DNA from: Candidatus Saccharimonadota bacterium
Lineage (GTDB): Bacteria > Patescibacteriota > Microgenomatia > UBA1406 > GWC2-37-13
Length of the DNA: 32,000 bases
Assembly (NCBI GenBank): GCA_016699265.1
Contig: CP064967.1
Location: 896,689 to 928,688, forward strand
Direction: 5' to 3'
The notes below the pieces were generated by a model. The model saw only the letters and a list, made by a program, of their open reading frames with translations, searched no databases and was not told the DNA's origin. Positions 15,345 through 23,283 of the stretch are shown piece after piece; the first letter of the stretch is position 1; each line of letters begins with the position of its first letter. Position numbers and translations under genes: made by a program.

Positions 15345-15416
15345 AAAGATTAACGCATTGCGAATTACAGTTCGTTAATCCGTTAATTCGTTAATTATCC
15401 AATCGTAAATTACTGT
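15345..15416. repeat. CGTTAA-word octad element
   Basis: ttcgttaa tccgttaa ttcgttaa (15371..15394, exact 8-nt period), followed by ttatccaa tcgtaaat. The upstream partner gattaacgc attgcgaa ttacag holds the complementary TTAACG word. Confidence 0.45.
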
Positions 15417-15427
15417 AGACTGAAAGT

Positions 15428-16264
15428 ATGGAGCAACATCCTATTCCGCGCCAAATAACGAGCTTCGAGTTTAAGCTGATAGGTTTCATGACGCTTCACC
15501 AATTCATATATCTATTAGTCTTTATTCCGTCAGGATTTGCGGTATATAAATTAATTCCCATTCCGTTTGTTAATATACTCATTGGATTTATGATCTCCTC
15601 CATTGGAGTGCTTCTAGCTTTCTTACCAATAAACGATCGACCGCTTGACGTGTTTATCAAAAATCTTTTTAAACGACTCACATCTCCGACTCAGTATATG
15701 TACAAAAAGTCGAATCACCCACTTTATTTTTTGAACAATTTATATTTTGTCAACGACCCTCACAAAGTTTTAGCGCATGTAGAGTCGCAGGAGATGTTGT
15801 CAGAGTATCTGAAAACAAATACGCTTCCTCCAGTTACAGTCCAAACAGACACACGTTCCTTAGTAGGAGTTCAGGAAGCTTTTAAAAATCCTACCCTAAA
15901 TCAACAATCAACTACCGCAACCACAGTTTCCGCAACAGAGAGTCCTTCAACTAGCTATCCACCAAAACAGGGAGAGCCGTCGCGCATAGCTCAACAACCA
16001 TTCTTTCTTGGAGTGGTAAAAAACAATAAAGAGACGCCGCTTCCCGAGATTCTGGTGTACATTAAGGATGAACGAAACAACCCAGTCAGGCTCTTAAAAA
16101 CAAATCCGCACGGTGTTTTCGCTACCTACAACTCACTACCTGGGGGTGAATATTTTGTAGAAGCGAAGGACCCGAGAGGTTCGCATCTTTTTGATACAAT
16201 GAAAGTAAGGCTCGATGATACAAATCCCTCCACCTTTAATGTAGTTTCAAAAGGATTATTATGA
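15428..16264 (+). CDS. PrgI-family membrane protein (T4SS-associated) with C-terminal carboxypeptidase-regulatory-like beta domain
   Basis: N-terminus IPRQITSFEFKLIGFMTLHQFIYL plus two TM segments, as in PrgI-family proteins. The C-terminus (PEILVYIKDERNNPV...NPHGVFATYNSLPGGEYFVEAKDPRG) resembles CarboxypepD_reg folds. Confidence 0.6.
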   Translation: MEQHPIPRQITSFEFKLIGFMTLHQFIYLLVFIPSGFAVYKLIPIPFVNILIGFMISSIGVLLAFLPINDRPLDVFIKNLFKRLTSPTQYMYKKSNHPLYFLNNLYFVNDPHKVLAHVESQEMLSEYLKTNTLPPVTVQTDTRSLVGVQEAFKNPTLNQQSTTATTVSATESPSTSYPPKQGEPSRIAQQPFFLGVVKNNKETPLPEILVYIKDERNNPVRLLKTNPHGVFATYNSLPGGEYFVEAKDPRGSHLFDTMKVRLDDTNPSTFNVVSKGLL

Positions 16265-16920
16265 CAAATTCCACCACCAAACAGTCACCGACAAAAGCAA
16301 CGACTCAGTCGTTCACAGAGATAGAGGAAATACAGGACGATGTTGTTTTGATGAGGGACTTTTCGGCAGTAACTGTCGTTGAGGTTGGAGCGGTTAATTT
16401 TTGGCTATTGTCGCAGGACGAGCAGGTTTCGATGATTCAGTCTTATTCAAATCTTCTAAACTCATTGTCTTTTCCAGTGCAGATTCTTATTGTTTCCAAA
16501 AAAATGGACATCTCGGTTTACCTTGAATACATTCAGGAACGTTTGCGGAATCAACCGGATGCACAGCAACAAAAAAGACTTCAAAGCTACCAAGATTTTA
16601 TTAAGAATACGGTAAAGAAAACAACAATTTTAGAGAAGCGATTCTTTTTTGTGGTTCCTTTTAGTCCTCTGGAAATGGGTGTCAGCGGAGCAAATACGAA
16701 GGGTTTGAAAAAAGAATATGTTTTTGCACGCGCAAAGACAGCGCTATATCCCAAAAGAGATAATCTAATTAGGCTTTTAACAAAGACCGGTCTACGGGCT
16801 ACTCCTCTCGCAAAACAAGGGTTGGTCGAGATTTATTACAACCTATACAACATGTCGGCAACTGGAAGACAGCTCGGACCAATCGATAGCTATACCGACG
16901 TTGTAATGACGGGAAAATAA
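16261..16920 (+). CDS. T4SS-module partner protein, unknown function
   Basis: Its start overlaps the upstream stop (ATGA), and its stop lies 2 nt before the VirB4-like start. The pattern VTVVEVGAVNFWLLSQDEQ...SYSNLLNSLSFPVQILI is reminiscent of VirB4/TraC N-terminal domains (by eye only). Confidence 0.6.
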   Translation: MTNSTTKQSPTKATTQSFTEIEEIQDDVVLMRDFSAVTVVEVGAVNFWLLSQDEQVSMIQSYSNLLNSLSFPVQILIVSKKMDISVYLEYIQERLRNQPDAQQQKRLQSYQDFIKNTVKKTTILEKRFFFVVPFSPLEMGVSGANTKGLKKEYVFARAKTALYPKRDNLIRLLTKTGLRATPLAKQGLVEIYYNLYNMSATGRQLGPIDSYTDVVMTGK

Positions 16921-16922
16921 TT

Positions 16923-18674
16923 ATGTTCGGATTAAATAAAAATAAACAACAATCGAAAGCACGGCCGACACATTCTGCCGGAAATGTTGCTGATTTGATG
17001 GCGAATGGCTCGGTCTCGATTAAAGATCTCATAGCCCCAGCGTTCGTAGAAGTAGACTTCAACCATATTAGAATAGACGAGAGGTATTACAAAACGCTCT
17101 ATGTGGTCGGCTACCCACGATACGTTTCTGCCAACTGGCTATATTCACTTATCACATTCGATCATCCTCTTTATATCTCGATGTATATTTATCCAACAGA
17201 ATCGAAAAACGTTCTTGAGGAGCTTAAGCGTAAGATTGGAGAGATGGAGGCAACGATCGAGGGAGACATGAAGGAAGGTAAGGTTGTTGACCCGACCGTT
17301 CAGGTTGCGCTTGATGACGCCCTTGGACTACAGGCAGAGCTAGCAAAGGGAGCGGAGAGATTTTTTCAGTTTGGGCTCTACATCACTCTTCCAGCAGACT
17401 CCAAAGAGGAGCTTGAGCAGATTTCTAAACAGGTCGAGTCAATCTTAGCTTCGCTTTTAATCGTGTCTCGCGCGGCGACGTTAGAGATGGAGGAAGGATT
17501 CAAGTCCACACTTCCAATGTTCTATGACAAGCTAAGCGTTTGGCGAAATATCGACAGCACGTCGCTCGCCATGACCTTTCCATTTTCCACCGCCTCTTTG
17601 ACCAGAAATGAAGGAATTCTATACGGTGTAAACCAGAACGACAGTAGTTTGATCATCTTCGATCGTTTTACTCTTGAGAACGCCAATTCCGTGATACTGG
17701 GGAAATCGGGTGGAGGAAAGAGCTTTATGGTGAAGCTTGAAGCTCTGAGACTCTTATCGATGGATGTAGACGTCATAATAATAGATCCTGAAAATGAGTA
17801 CAAAAAACTAGCAGAGTCAGTAGGAGGAGAGTTCGTTGAGTTCTCGGTTAAGTCGCAGTATAAAATCAATCCATTTGACCTAATTAAAGACAATCCTGAA
17901 CCGGATGAGCTTCAGAATAAGATTCTCGATCTACATTCGCTAATGCGAGTCATGATGGGTGACTTAACGCCAGCACAAGACGCACTCCTCGATCGAGCTC
18001 TCGTAGCTGTATATGAACAAAAAGGAATTACGCAGGATCCGGCTAGTTTTAAAAATGAAGCACCTCTCTTGGAAGATCTTTTCAAGGTGTTTTTGGGAAT
18101 GGAGACCGCTGAGGGCAAAGAGCTTGCGGGACGTTTGGAAAAGTACGTAAAGGGTTCTGCTGCGGGAATATTTAATGAAAGATCGAACTTTAATATAAAA
18201 AATAAATTCACAGTTTTTGGAATAAGAGACTTGGAGGAGAATCTCCGTCCGGTTGCGATGTATATAGTCCTAGATTATATCTGGAATACAGTAAGACGAG
18301 AGAAAAAAAAGAGGATTCTCATCGTTGATGAAGCTTGGTATATGATGAAGAACAAGGACTCGGGGGCTTTTCTTTTTAACTTTGCAAAACGTTCGCGAAA
18401 ATATCTCCTCGGCTTAACAACGGTTACGCAGGACGTAGAAGATTTTATAGCTACAAATGAAGGGCGTGCAATAATTACAAACTCCAGTCTTCAGATAATT
18501 CTTAAACAGTCAACTGCCGCAGTGGATGCAATTACAAAGACATTTGCATTGACCGGTGGAGAGCGTCATTTTCTACTAGGTGCTGGAGTTGGAGAAGGAC
18601 TATTCTTCGCAGGACAAGCTCATGTAGGATTTAAGGTCATTGCCTCCGAGGACGAAAAAGCAACTATTGAGTAA
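16923..18674 (+). CDS. virB4: VirB4/TraC-family type IV secretion ATPase
   Basis: Walker A GKSGGGKSF, Walker B RILIVDEAWYMM, a gram-positive VirB4-like N-domain (YYKTLYVVGYPRYVSANWL) and the distal motif LGLTTVTQD. Confidence 0.8.
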   Translation: MFGLNKNKQQSKARPTHSAGNVADLMANGSVSIKDLIAPAFVEVDFNHIRIDERYYKTLYVVGYPRYVSANWLYSLITFDHPLYISMYIYPTESKNVLEELKRKIGEMEATIEGDMKEGKVVDPTVQVALDDALGLQAELAKGAERFFQFGLYITLPADSKEELEQISKQVESILASLLIVSRAATLEMEEGFKSTLPMFYDKLSVWRNIDSTSLAMTFPFSTASLTRNEGILYGVNQNDSSLIIFDRFTLENANSVILGKSGGGKSFMVKLEALRLLSMDVDVIIIDPENEYKKLAESVGGEFVEFSVKSQYKINPFDLIKDNPEPDELQNKILDLHSLMRVMMGDLTPAQDALLDRALVAVYEQKGITQDPASFKNEAPLLEDLFKVFLGMETAEGKELAGRLEKYVKGSAAGIFNERSNFNIKNKFTVFGIRDLEENLRPVAMYIVLDYIWNTVRREKKKRILIVDEAWYMMKNKDSGAFLFNFAKRSRKYLLGLTTVTQDVEDFIATNEGRAIITNSSLQIILKQSTAAVDAITKTFALTGGERHFLLGAGVGEGLFFAGQAHVGFKVIASEDEKATIE

Positions 18675-18725
18675 CTTCATTGTATAATTATCTTCACTAA
18701 TGGGTTTACCTTGAGCGGAAGCGAA

Positions 18726-18798
18726 GGGCCTGTGGCGCAATGGCCAGCGCGTCTCTATGGCATAGAGAAGGTTACGGGTTCGAGTCCCGTCAGGTCCA
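18726..18798 (+). tRNA. tRNA-Ala (anticodon GGC)
   Basis: Hand-folded cloverleaf. Acceptor GGGCCTG/CAGGTCC with the G3:U70 alanine identity pair. D stem GCGC/GCGC. Anticodon stem TCTCT/AGAGA with loop ATGGCAT. T arm ACGGG-TTCGAGT-CCCGT. CCA is not encoded. Confidence 0.9.
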
Positions 18799-18803
18799 CA
18801 ATT

Positions 18804-18812
18804 TGATATAAT
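18804..18812 (+). promoter_or_regulatory. Extended -10 promoter element ahead of tRNA-Lys
   Basis: TGATATAAT matches TGnTATAAT exactly and lies 33 nt upstream of the tRNA 5' end. Confidence 0.4.
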
Positions 18813-18844
18813 GAAGTTCTTCTAACCGATAGAATTACGTTCCT

Positions 18845-18918
18845 GGGCCCCTAGCTCAACTGGTTAGAGCAGTAGCCTTTTAAGCTATTGGTTCTGGGTT
18901 CGAGTCCCAGGGGGCTCA
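18845..18918 (+). tRNA. tRNA-Lys (anticodon UUU)
   Basis: Hand-folded. Acceptor GGGCCCC/GGGGCTC. D arm GCTC-AACTGGTTA-GAGC. Anticodon stem GTAGC/GCTAT with loop CTTTTAA. T arm CTGGG-TTCGAGT-CCCAG. CCA is not encoded. Confidence 0.9.
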
Positions 18919-18944
18919 CAATATTCAGATTGTCATAACGCTCT

Positions 18945-19085
18945 ATGCCAATCCCGGTATGGACATTAGGTATAGAAAACTTCAAACAGCCAAGAGTGGC
19001 TTACGCACTATTTTTTATGATGGTAGTATTGGCGAGCGCGTTTATGTGGAGGAGCCAAAAAAAAGAAGTTAGCCCACTGACGTAG
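18945..19085 (+). CDS. Possible 46-aa single-TM peptide
   Basis: Unlisted small ORF MPIPVWTLGIENFKQPRVAYALFFMMVVLASAFMWRSQKKEVSPLT, with one hydrophobic helix followed by basic residues. No Shine-Dalgarno site. Speculative. Confidence 0.2.
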   Translation: MPIPVWTLGIENFKQPRVAYALFFMMVVLASAFMWRSQKKEVSPLT

Positions 19086-19101
19086 ACCTCGTAGGTCTAC
19101 G
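19081..19101. terminator. Hairpin between the convergent small ORF and TPR gene
   Basis: cgtagacct-cgt-aggtctacg, a 9-bp perfect inverted repeat. The A8 run at 19067..19074 gives a U-run on the minus transcript, but about 6 nt beyond the stem. Confidence 0.4.
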
Positions 19102-19110
19102 GAGGGTAAA

Positions 19111-19512
19111 TTAAAGCGCGGGATCGATTTGTTTGGCTTTGTTTAGATAGTCTAGAGCCTTGGTTTCGTTTCCAGCCTGAGAGTAGAGAAGGTAGAGGTT
19201 GTAAAGGGCATCCCGTGATGAAGGATTCTTCTGGAGGAGATTCTCAAGTTCTTGAATCTTGTTTTTGCGAAGAGTGTCGCTGTAAAAAACCTCTTCTTCT
19301 ATGCGTTTACCGTACAAATTTTTATATAGAATTAAGTCTTTCTTAAAAGTTGGAAGCGAACGAACACTTTGTAGATATGGTACGATTGCATTCTTTTCGT
19401 TGACAATCTGTTTGAAGTACAGCGGTGAGATGAGCTGAGAAAACACAAGGTTGATAACCATATATGTTGCGGCTAACGACAAAAATGTTCCCCAAGCAAA
19501 TTTTTTAATCAT
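19111..19512 (-). CDS. Membrane-anchored TPR-repeat protein
   Basis: N-terminal TM segment (FAWGTFLSLAATYMVINLVF). The C-terminus is TPR-like (ALYNLYLLYSQAGNETKALDYLNKAKQIDP). Confidence 0.65.
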   Translation of the reverse strand: MIKKFAWGTFLSLAATYMVINLVFSQLISPLYFKQIVNEKNAIVPYLQSVRSLPTFKKDLILYKNLYGKRIEEEVFYSDTLRKNKIQELENLLQKNPSSRDALYNLYLLYSQAGNETKALDYLNKAKQIDPAL

Positions 19513-19516
19513 GTGT

Positions 19517-19621
19517 TTCGTATACGGTATAACGTATGACGTATTTCGCCTGCCTGCCGGCAGACATGTATATTGTACCTAATCTCAATACGTTATACGA
19601 AATACGGTATACGGAATACGA
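19517..19621. repeat. GTAT/ATAC heptad palindrome, variant with GC-palindrome centre
   Basis: Left arm ttcgtat acggtat aacgtat gacgtat (19517..19544). Right arm aatacgt tatacga aatacgg tatacgg aatacga (19587..19621). The 42-nt centre contains the perfect palindrome ctgccggcag (19554..19563). Occupies a divergent intergenic region. Confidence 0.8.
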
Positions 19622-19633
19622 TATAATGAAAAT

Positions 19634-21988
19634 ATGGATCCTACTTTGACCTCGACAGCATTGAATGGGCTAATTAATGTGCTGATCGCTCTCCTAGCCG
19701 CATTATCTGCCGGTGGAGCAACGTGGCTGATGATGTATCTGATCATAATCTATGTTCGCATGAAAAAGCGCGAACATATATCTATGTCGATGGTGACAAT
19801 GGAGATAAAGATCTCGAAGGACAATGAGGTTAAGGTGGATGCTGCAGAACAGATGTTTGCAGCCCTAGCCTCTCTTAAAAAGGGAGGATTCTGGGCATTT
19901 TTGGAAGCGGGAGATTCGCTTGCTTTTGAGATTGTTGGTAAAAACGCGGACATACGTTTTTATGTGTCCGCTCCGTCAAAGGTAGCCGACCTTGTTGAAA
20001 AAACAATTTATGGGTACTATCCAGCAGCCGACATTAAGAGAGTTGATGAGCCCAATATCTTTATTGAAAACGGAAAGGTAAGTTACGCTGCCTTTATTGC
20101 AAAAGAAGCTCCATATATGCCACTTAAGACCTACAAAGATATGCCGACCGATAGTCTTGCCTCAATAACTTCTGCGCTTTCTAAGATGGAGGAGGAAGAA
20201 GGAGCGCTTGTACAGATCCTGATTAAACCATCGGACGGCAAGTGGAAAAAGGCCGGAAAGTCCTACGTCGCCAGCGTTAAGAAGAATGAGGCCAATCCAG
20301 AGAAGGCTACCTTCAAAAGCGATCCAAAACTTCTTGAGAGAATTGAGGATAAAAGCGGGAAGCAAGGATTCGACACCGCTCTACGCATAATTGTCTCTTC
20401 TCGGTCCAAGGATAGCGCAGATTTACATCTGCGAAATATCAAGTCTGCCTTTACTCAGTTTAACTCGGACTCAAACAGCCTGAAGGGCGTAAAAATACGG
20501 TTTAAGGGCGGCTTCATGCTAGACGCTATCTATAAGTTCTTTCCAGTATTTGAGCTGCCATTTTTTAGAACCTTCTCTGTATTTTCAAGCGAAGAAATAG
20601 CTTCTTTTTTCCATTTCCCAAACAAAACCATCGAAACGCCACACGTTGCATGGCTAAAGGCAAAGAGTGCTCCTGTGGCCTCAGAGGTACCTCAAGAAGG
20701 CGGCACAGAGATTGGTATGGGCTACTTCCGTGGCATACGACGACCCGTGCATATCGGACTTCCCGATCGTCAAAGGCACGTCTATATAATCGGAAAAACG
20801 GGAACGGGTAAGTCATATCTTCTACAGAACATGATCGACCAAGACATACGAGCAGGTCGCGGAGTCTGCGTGATCGATCCACACGGAGATTTAATCGACG
20901 ATGTCCTAAAGTACATCCCACCGGAAAGAGCGGAGGACGTAATTTACTTTGATCCTGCAGATTCAGAGCGTCCCATGGGGCTAAATCTGCTAGAAGCACA
21001 AACCGAGGATCAGAAACATTTCATAACCACAGCAATTATCAACCTTATGTACAAGCTGTACGATCCTCAAAGAACCGGAATCATCGGTCCTCGATTTGAA
21101 CATGCGGTGCGAAATGCTATGTTGACCGTCATGTCAGAAGAGGGGGCAACATTCGTGGAGGTTATCCGCATTCTCACCGATGCAAAATACGTTCAAGAAC
21201 TTCTACCAAAGGTTACGGACCCAATCATTCGAAGATACTGGACCGATCAGATCGCGCAGACCTCGGACTTTCATAAGTCGGAGGTACTTGACTACATCGT
21301 CTCGAAGTTCGGTCGTTTCGTCACGAATAAACTTATGAGAAATATCATCGGACAGTCAAAGTCTGCTTTTGATTTTAGAAAGGTGATGGATGAGGGAAAG
21401 ATCCTTCTCATAAATCTCTCCAAAGGACGTCTTGGAGAGGAGAACTCAAACTTCCTTGGCCTGACCTTAATCCCTAAGATTCTCGTTGCCGCAATGAGTC
21501 GACAGGAGATCCCTGAAGATCAACGTCGAGACTTCTTCCTATACGTCGATGAGTTTCAGAACTTTGCTACTCCAGACTTTGCAACGATTCTGTCTGAGGC
21601 TAGAAAGTACCACCTCAACCTAACGGTAGCTAATCAGTTTATTGGTCAGGTCGAAGAAGAGGTCAAAAATGCGATATTTGGTAACGTAGGAACGATGATT
21701 ACGTACAGAGTCGGAGTTACCGACGCATCTTACTTACAGCGAGAGTACCAGCCCGTATTTGGAGAGTCTGACCTTATAAACATCGAGCGATTTCACGTAT
21801 ACATGAAGACGATAGTCAATAACGAACCAGTACCTCCTTTTTCCGTAGACTTAACTCGCGATGTGAACGCTCTTAAAAAGACACAAAACCTTAAGATCGC
21901 ACAGGCAATTATTCAGTTATCTCGTCTCAAATACGGAAGACCGAGAGAGCTTGTGGAGGCAGAGATTACGCAACGGGCGAGACTGTAG
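19634..21988 (+). CDS. VirD4/TraG/TraD-family coupling-protein-like ATPase with N-terminal TM anchor
   Basis: N-terminal TM segments, Walker A IIGKTGTGKSYLL, Walker B FFLYVDEFQNF and a LTVANQF motif. The size (784 aa) and architecture fit T4SS coupling proteins. Confidence 0.7.
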   Translation: MDPTLTSTALNGLINVLIALLAALSAGGATWLMMYLIIIYVRMKKREHISMSMVTMEIKISKDNEVKVDAAEQMFAALASLKKGGFWAFLEAGDSLAFEIVGKNADIRFYVSAPSKVADLVEKTIYGYYPAADIKRVDEPNIFIENGKVSYAAFIAKEAPYMPLKTYKDMPTDSLASITSALSKMEEEEGALVQILIKPSDGKWKKAGKSYVASVKKNEANPEKATFKSDPKLLERIEDKSGKQGFDTALRIIVSSRSKDSADLHLRNIKSAFTQFNSDSNSLKGVKIRFKGGFMLDAIYKFFPVFELPFFRTFSVFSSEEIASFFHFPNKTIETPHVAWLKAKSAPVASEVPQEGGTEIGMGYFRGIRRPVHIGLPDRQRHVYIIGKTGTGKSYLLQNMIDQDIRAGRGVCVIDPHGDLIDDVLKYIPPERAEDVIYFDPADSERPMGLNLLEAQTEDQKHFITTAIINLMYKLYDPQRTGIIGPRFEHAVRNAMLTVMSEEGATFVEVIRILTDAKYVQELLPKVTDPIIRRYWTDQIAQTSDFHKSEVLDYIVSKFGRFVTNKLMRNIIGQSKSAFDFRKVMDEGKILLINLSKGRLGEENSNFLGLTLIPKILVAAMSRQEIPEDQRRDFFLYVDEFQNFATPDFATILSEARKYHLNLTVANQFIGQVEEEVKNAIFGNVGTMITYRVGVTDASYLQREYQPVFGESDLINIERFHVYMKTIVNNEPVPPFSVDLTRDVNALKKTQNLKIAQAIIQLSRLKYGRPRELVEAEITQRARL

Positions 21989-21991
21989 AGG

Positions 21992-22120
21992 AGTTATGAA
22001 GTTGCGAAAGTTGAAAGTTAGAAGGTTTGTTTTATGGGTTTGTCGGTTAACCAACAAACCAGTTAACCAGTTAACGCGCTAACAAACTTTCAAAACCTGT
22101 AACTTTCTTAACCTTTAAAC
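21992..22120. repeat. GTT/AAC-word imperfect palindrome, second copy
   Basis: Left arm agttatgaagttgcgaaagttgaaagttagaaggtttgtt, right arm aacaaactttcaaaacctgtaactttcttaacctttaaac, centre rich in ggttaacc/agttaacc. Same family as 3285..3408. Confidence 0.7.
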
Positions 22121-22128
22121 CAAAGTGT

Positions 22129-22503
22129 ATGATTAAATCTTTTGAAGCTACTTTAACCAAACGAACTGAGTTAACCCACGACATTAATCTATTTAACTTT
22201 GAGATTGTAAACGATACGCTGCAGTTCCTCGCCGGACAGTATGTAATCATGTTGATAACTTTTCCTGATGGGACGGTAGCTCGGCGACTTTACTCGATTT
22301 CAAGCGAATCCCAAAACACAAAAAGTTTCGATCTACTTGTAAAGAGAATTCCAGGAGGTATGGCATCAAACTATCTGGCGGGACTTCCGATTGGAGGGAA
22401 GGTTTCTTTTCAAGGACCAGCAGGGGTCTTTTCTATGAAGGACAGCGATCCTACCAAATCAAAGGTTTTTAGCGACGAGTACGGGTATTGCGCCGATCTA
22501 TAG
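22129..22503 (+). CDS. FNR-like FAD/NAD(P)-binding oxidoreductase, FAD-binding half (frame broken at T-run 22466..22470)
   Basis: RLYSISS (the RxYS FAD motif), GGMASNYL and a beta-barrel pattern. The frame ends 10 codons after a T5 run. Confidence 0.8.
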   Translation: MIKSFEATLTKRTELTHDINLFNFEIVNDTLQFLAGQYVIMLITFPDGTVARRLYSISSESQNTKSFDLLVKRIPGGMASNYLAGLPIGGKVSFQGPAGVFSMKDSDPTKSKVFSDEYGYCADL

Positions 22504-22504
22504 T

Positions 22505-22882
22505 ATGCTAAGGTCCAGAATTTTGGATGGTGTAACCAATGAAAAATGGTATCTCTTTTGGGGGGCACGAACAAAGAACGACCTACACTGGGTAAAGGAA
22601 CTGGAGGAGATGCGGCGAAAGAATCCATCTTTTAAGTATTCATTCTGTCTCTCGAGAGAGTCGGACCCTTCACAGAAAACAATGCCACCTGAGTGCGCGT
22701 TGGGGCGAATAGATGCCAGTTTTCAAAATGACATTTTAGAGTCGGTAAAAGGGAACACAGAGCTCCTTAATGGATATGAGTACTACATCTGTGGAAGTAT
22801 TAATGCGGTTGAGACGCTCCGTCAGTCACTCATCGGCGAAGGAGTCGAAAAGAAGAATATACACTCGGAGAAATTCATTTGA
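22505..22882 (+). CDS. FNR-like oxidoreductase, NAD(P)-binding half
   Basis: The same frame read upstream gives FLATSTGIAPIYSMLRS (GTGIAP-type nucleotide-binding motif), then LFWGARTKNDL and YYICGS. It joins the N-terminal half if the T5 run is read as T6. Confidence 0.8.
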   Translation: MLRSRILDGVTNEKWYLFWGARTKNDLHWVKELEEMRRKNPSFKYSFCLSRESDPSQKTMPPECALGRIDASFQNDILESVKGNTELLNGYEYYICGSINAVETLRQSLIGEGVEKKNIHSEKFI

Positions 22883-22917
22883 CTCGTATACGGTATTTGG
22901 TATCTCGTATTCCGTAT
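22883..22917. repeat. Left heptad arm flanking the four-helix-bundle gene
   Basis: ctcgtat acggtat ttggtat ctcgtat tccgtat, with GTAT at an exact 7-nt period, five units. Abuts the ORF stop codon (22918..22920). Confidence 0.85.
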
Positions 22918-23283
22918 TCAGGACTTTGTTTGGGAGGATTTCAATAATCCATTAAGTAATTTATGGACTCTCACAGTTTTTTCTGCAAACTGTCTGAATA
23001 TCACATCATTGAAATAGTGCAGATCTCTAGCTATAAGCAATTGGTTCTGTAATTCGGCGACTGATCCGATTGAGATCGTATAGAAACGATTTTTATCGGC
23101 TGATGTTCTTTTGTAGAATCCTTCGGCAACGTTACTTGTAATGGAAACGACCGCTCTTCTGAGTTGGTCAATTAGTCCATAACGCTCATGTTTTGGAAAA
23201 TGATCTGTAGCTTTGTAGATTTCTATTACCAATTCGTGTCCAATTTTCCATGCGTCTAAGTGGGTAAATGAACGAATCTTCAT
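22918..23283 (-). CDS. Four-helix-bundle protein (23S rRNA intervening-sequence protein / Avd-like family)
   Basis: MKIRSFTHLDAWKIGHELVIEIYKATDHFPKHERYGLIDQLRRAVVSITSNVAEGF...SIGSVAELQNQLLIARDL is the classic signature of this family. Start trimmed to ATG 23283. Confidence 0.9.
   Translation of the reverse strand: MKIRSFTHLDAWKIGHELVIEIYKATDHFPKHERYGLIDQLRRAVVSITSNVAEGFYKRTSADKNRFYTISIGSVAELQNQLLIARDLHYFNDVIFRQFAEKTVRVHKLLNGLLKSSQTKS

Noticed and set aside
20565-20999. 144-aa antisense ORF inside the VirD4-like gene
   Set aside because: It is a shadow of a gene with clear Walker motifs. Its Arg/Leu-rich translation is typical of antisense frames.
22918-23283. Four-helix-bundle gene as the Avd component of a diversity-generating retroelement
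   Set aside because: No reverse transcriptase ORF and no template/variable repeat pair is detectable anywhere in the window.
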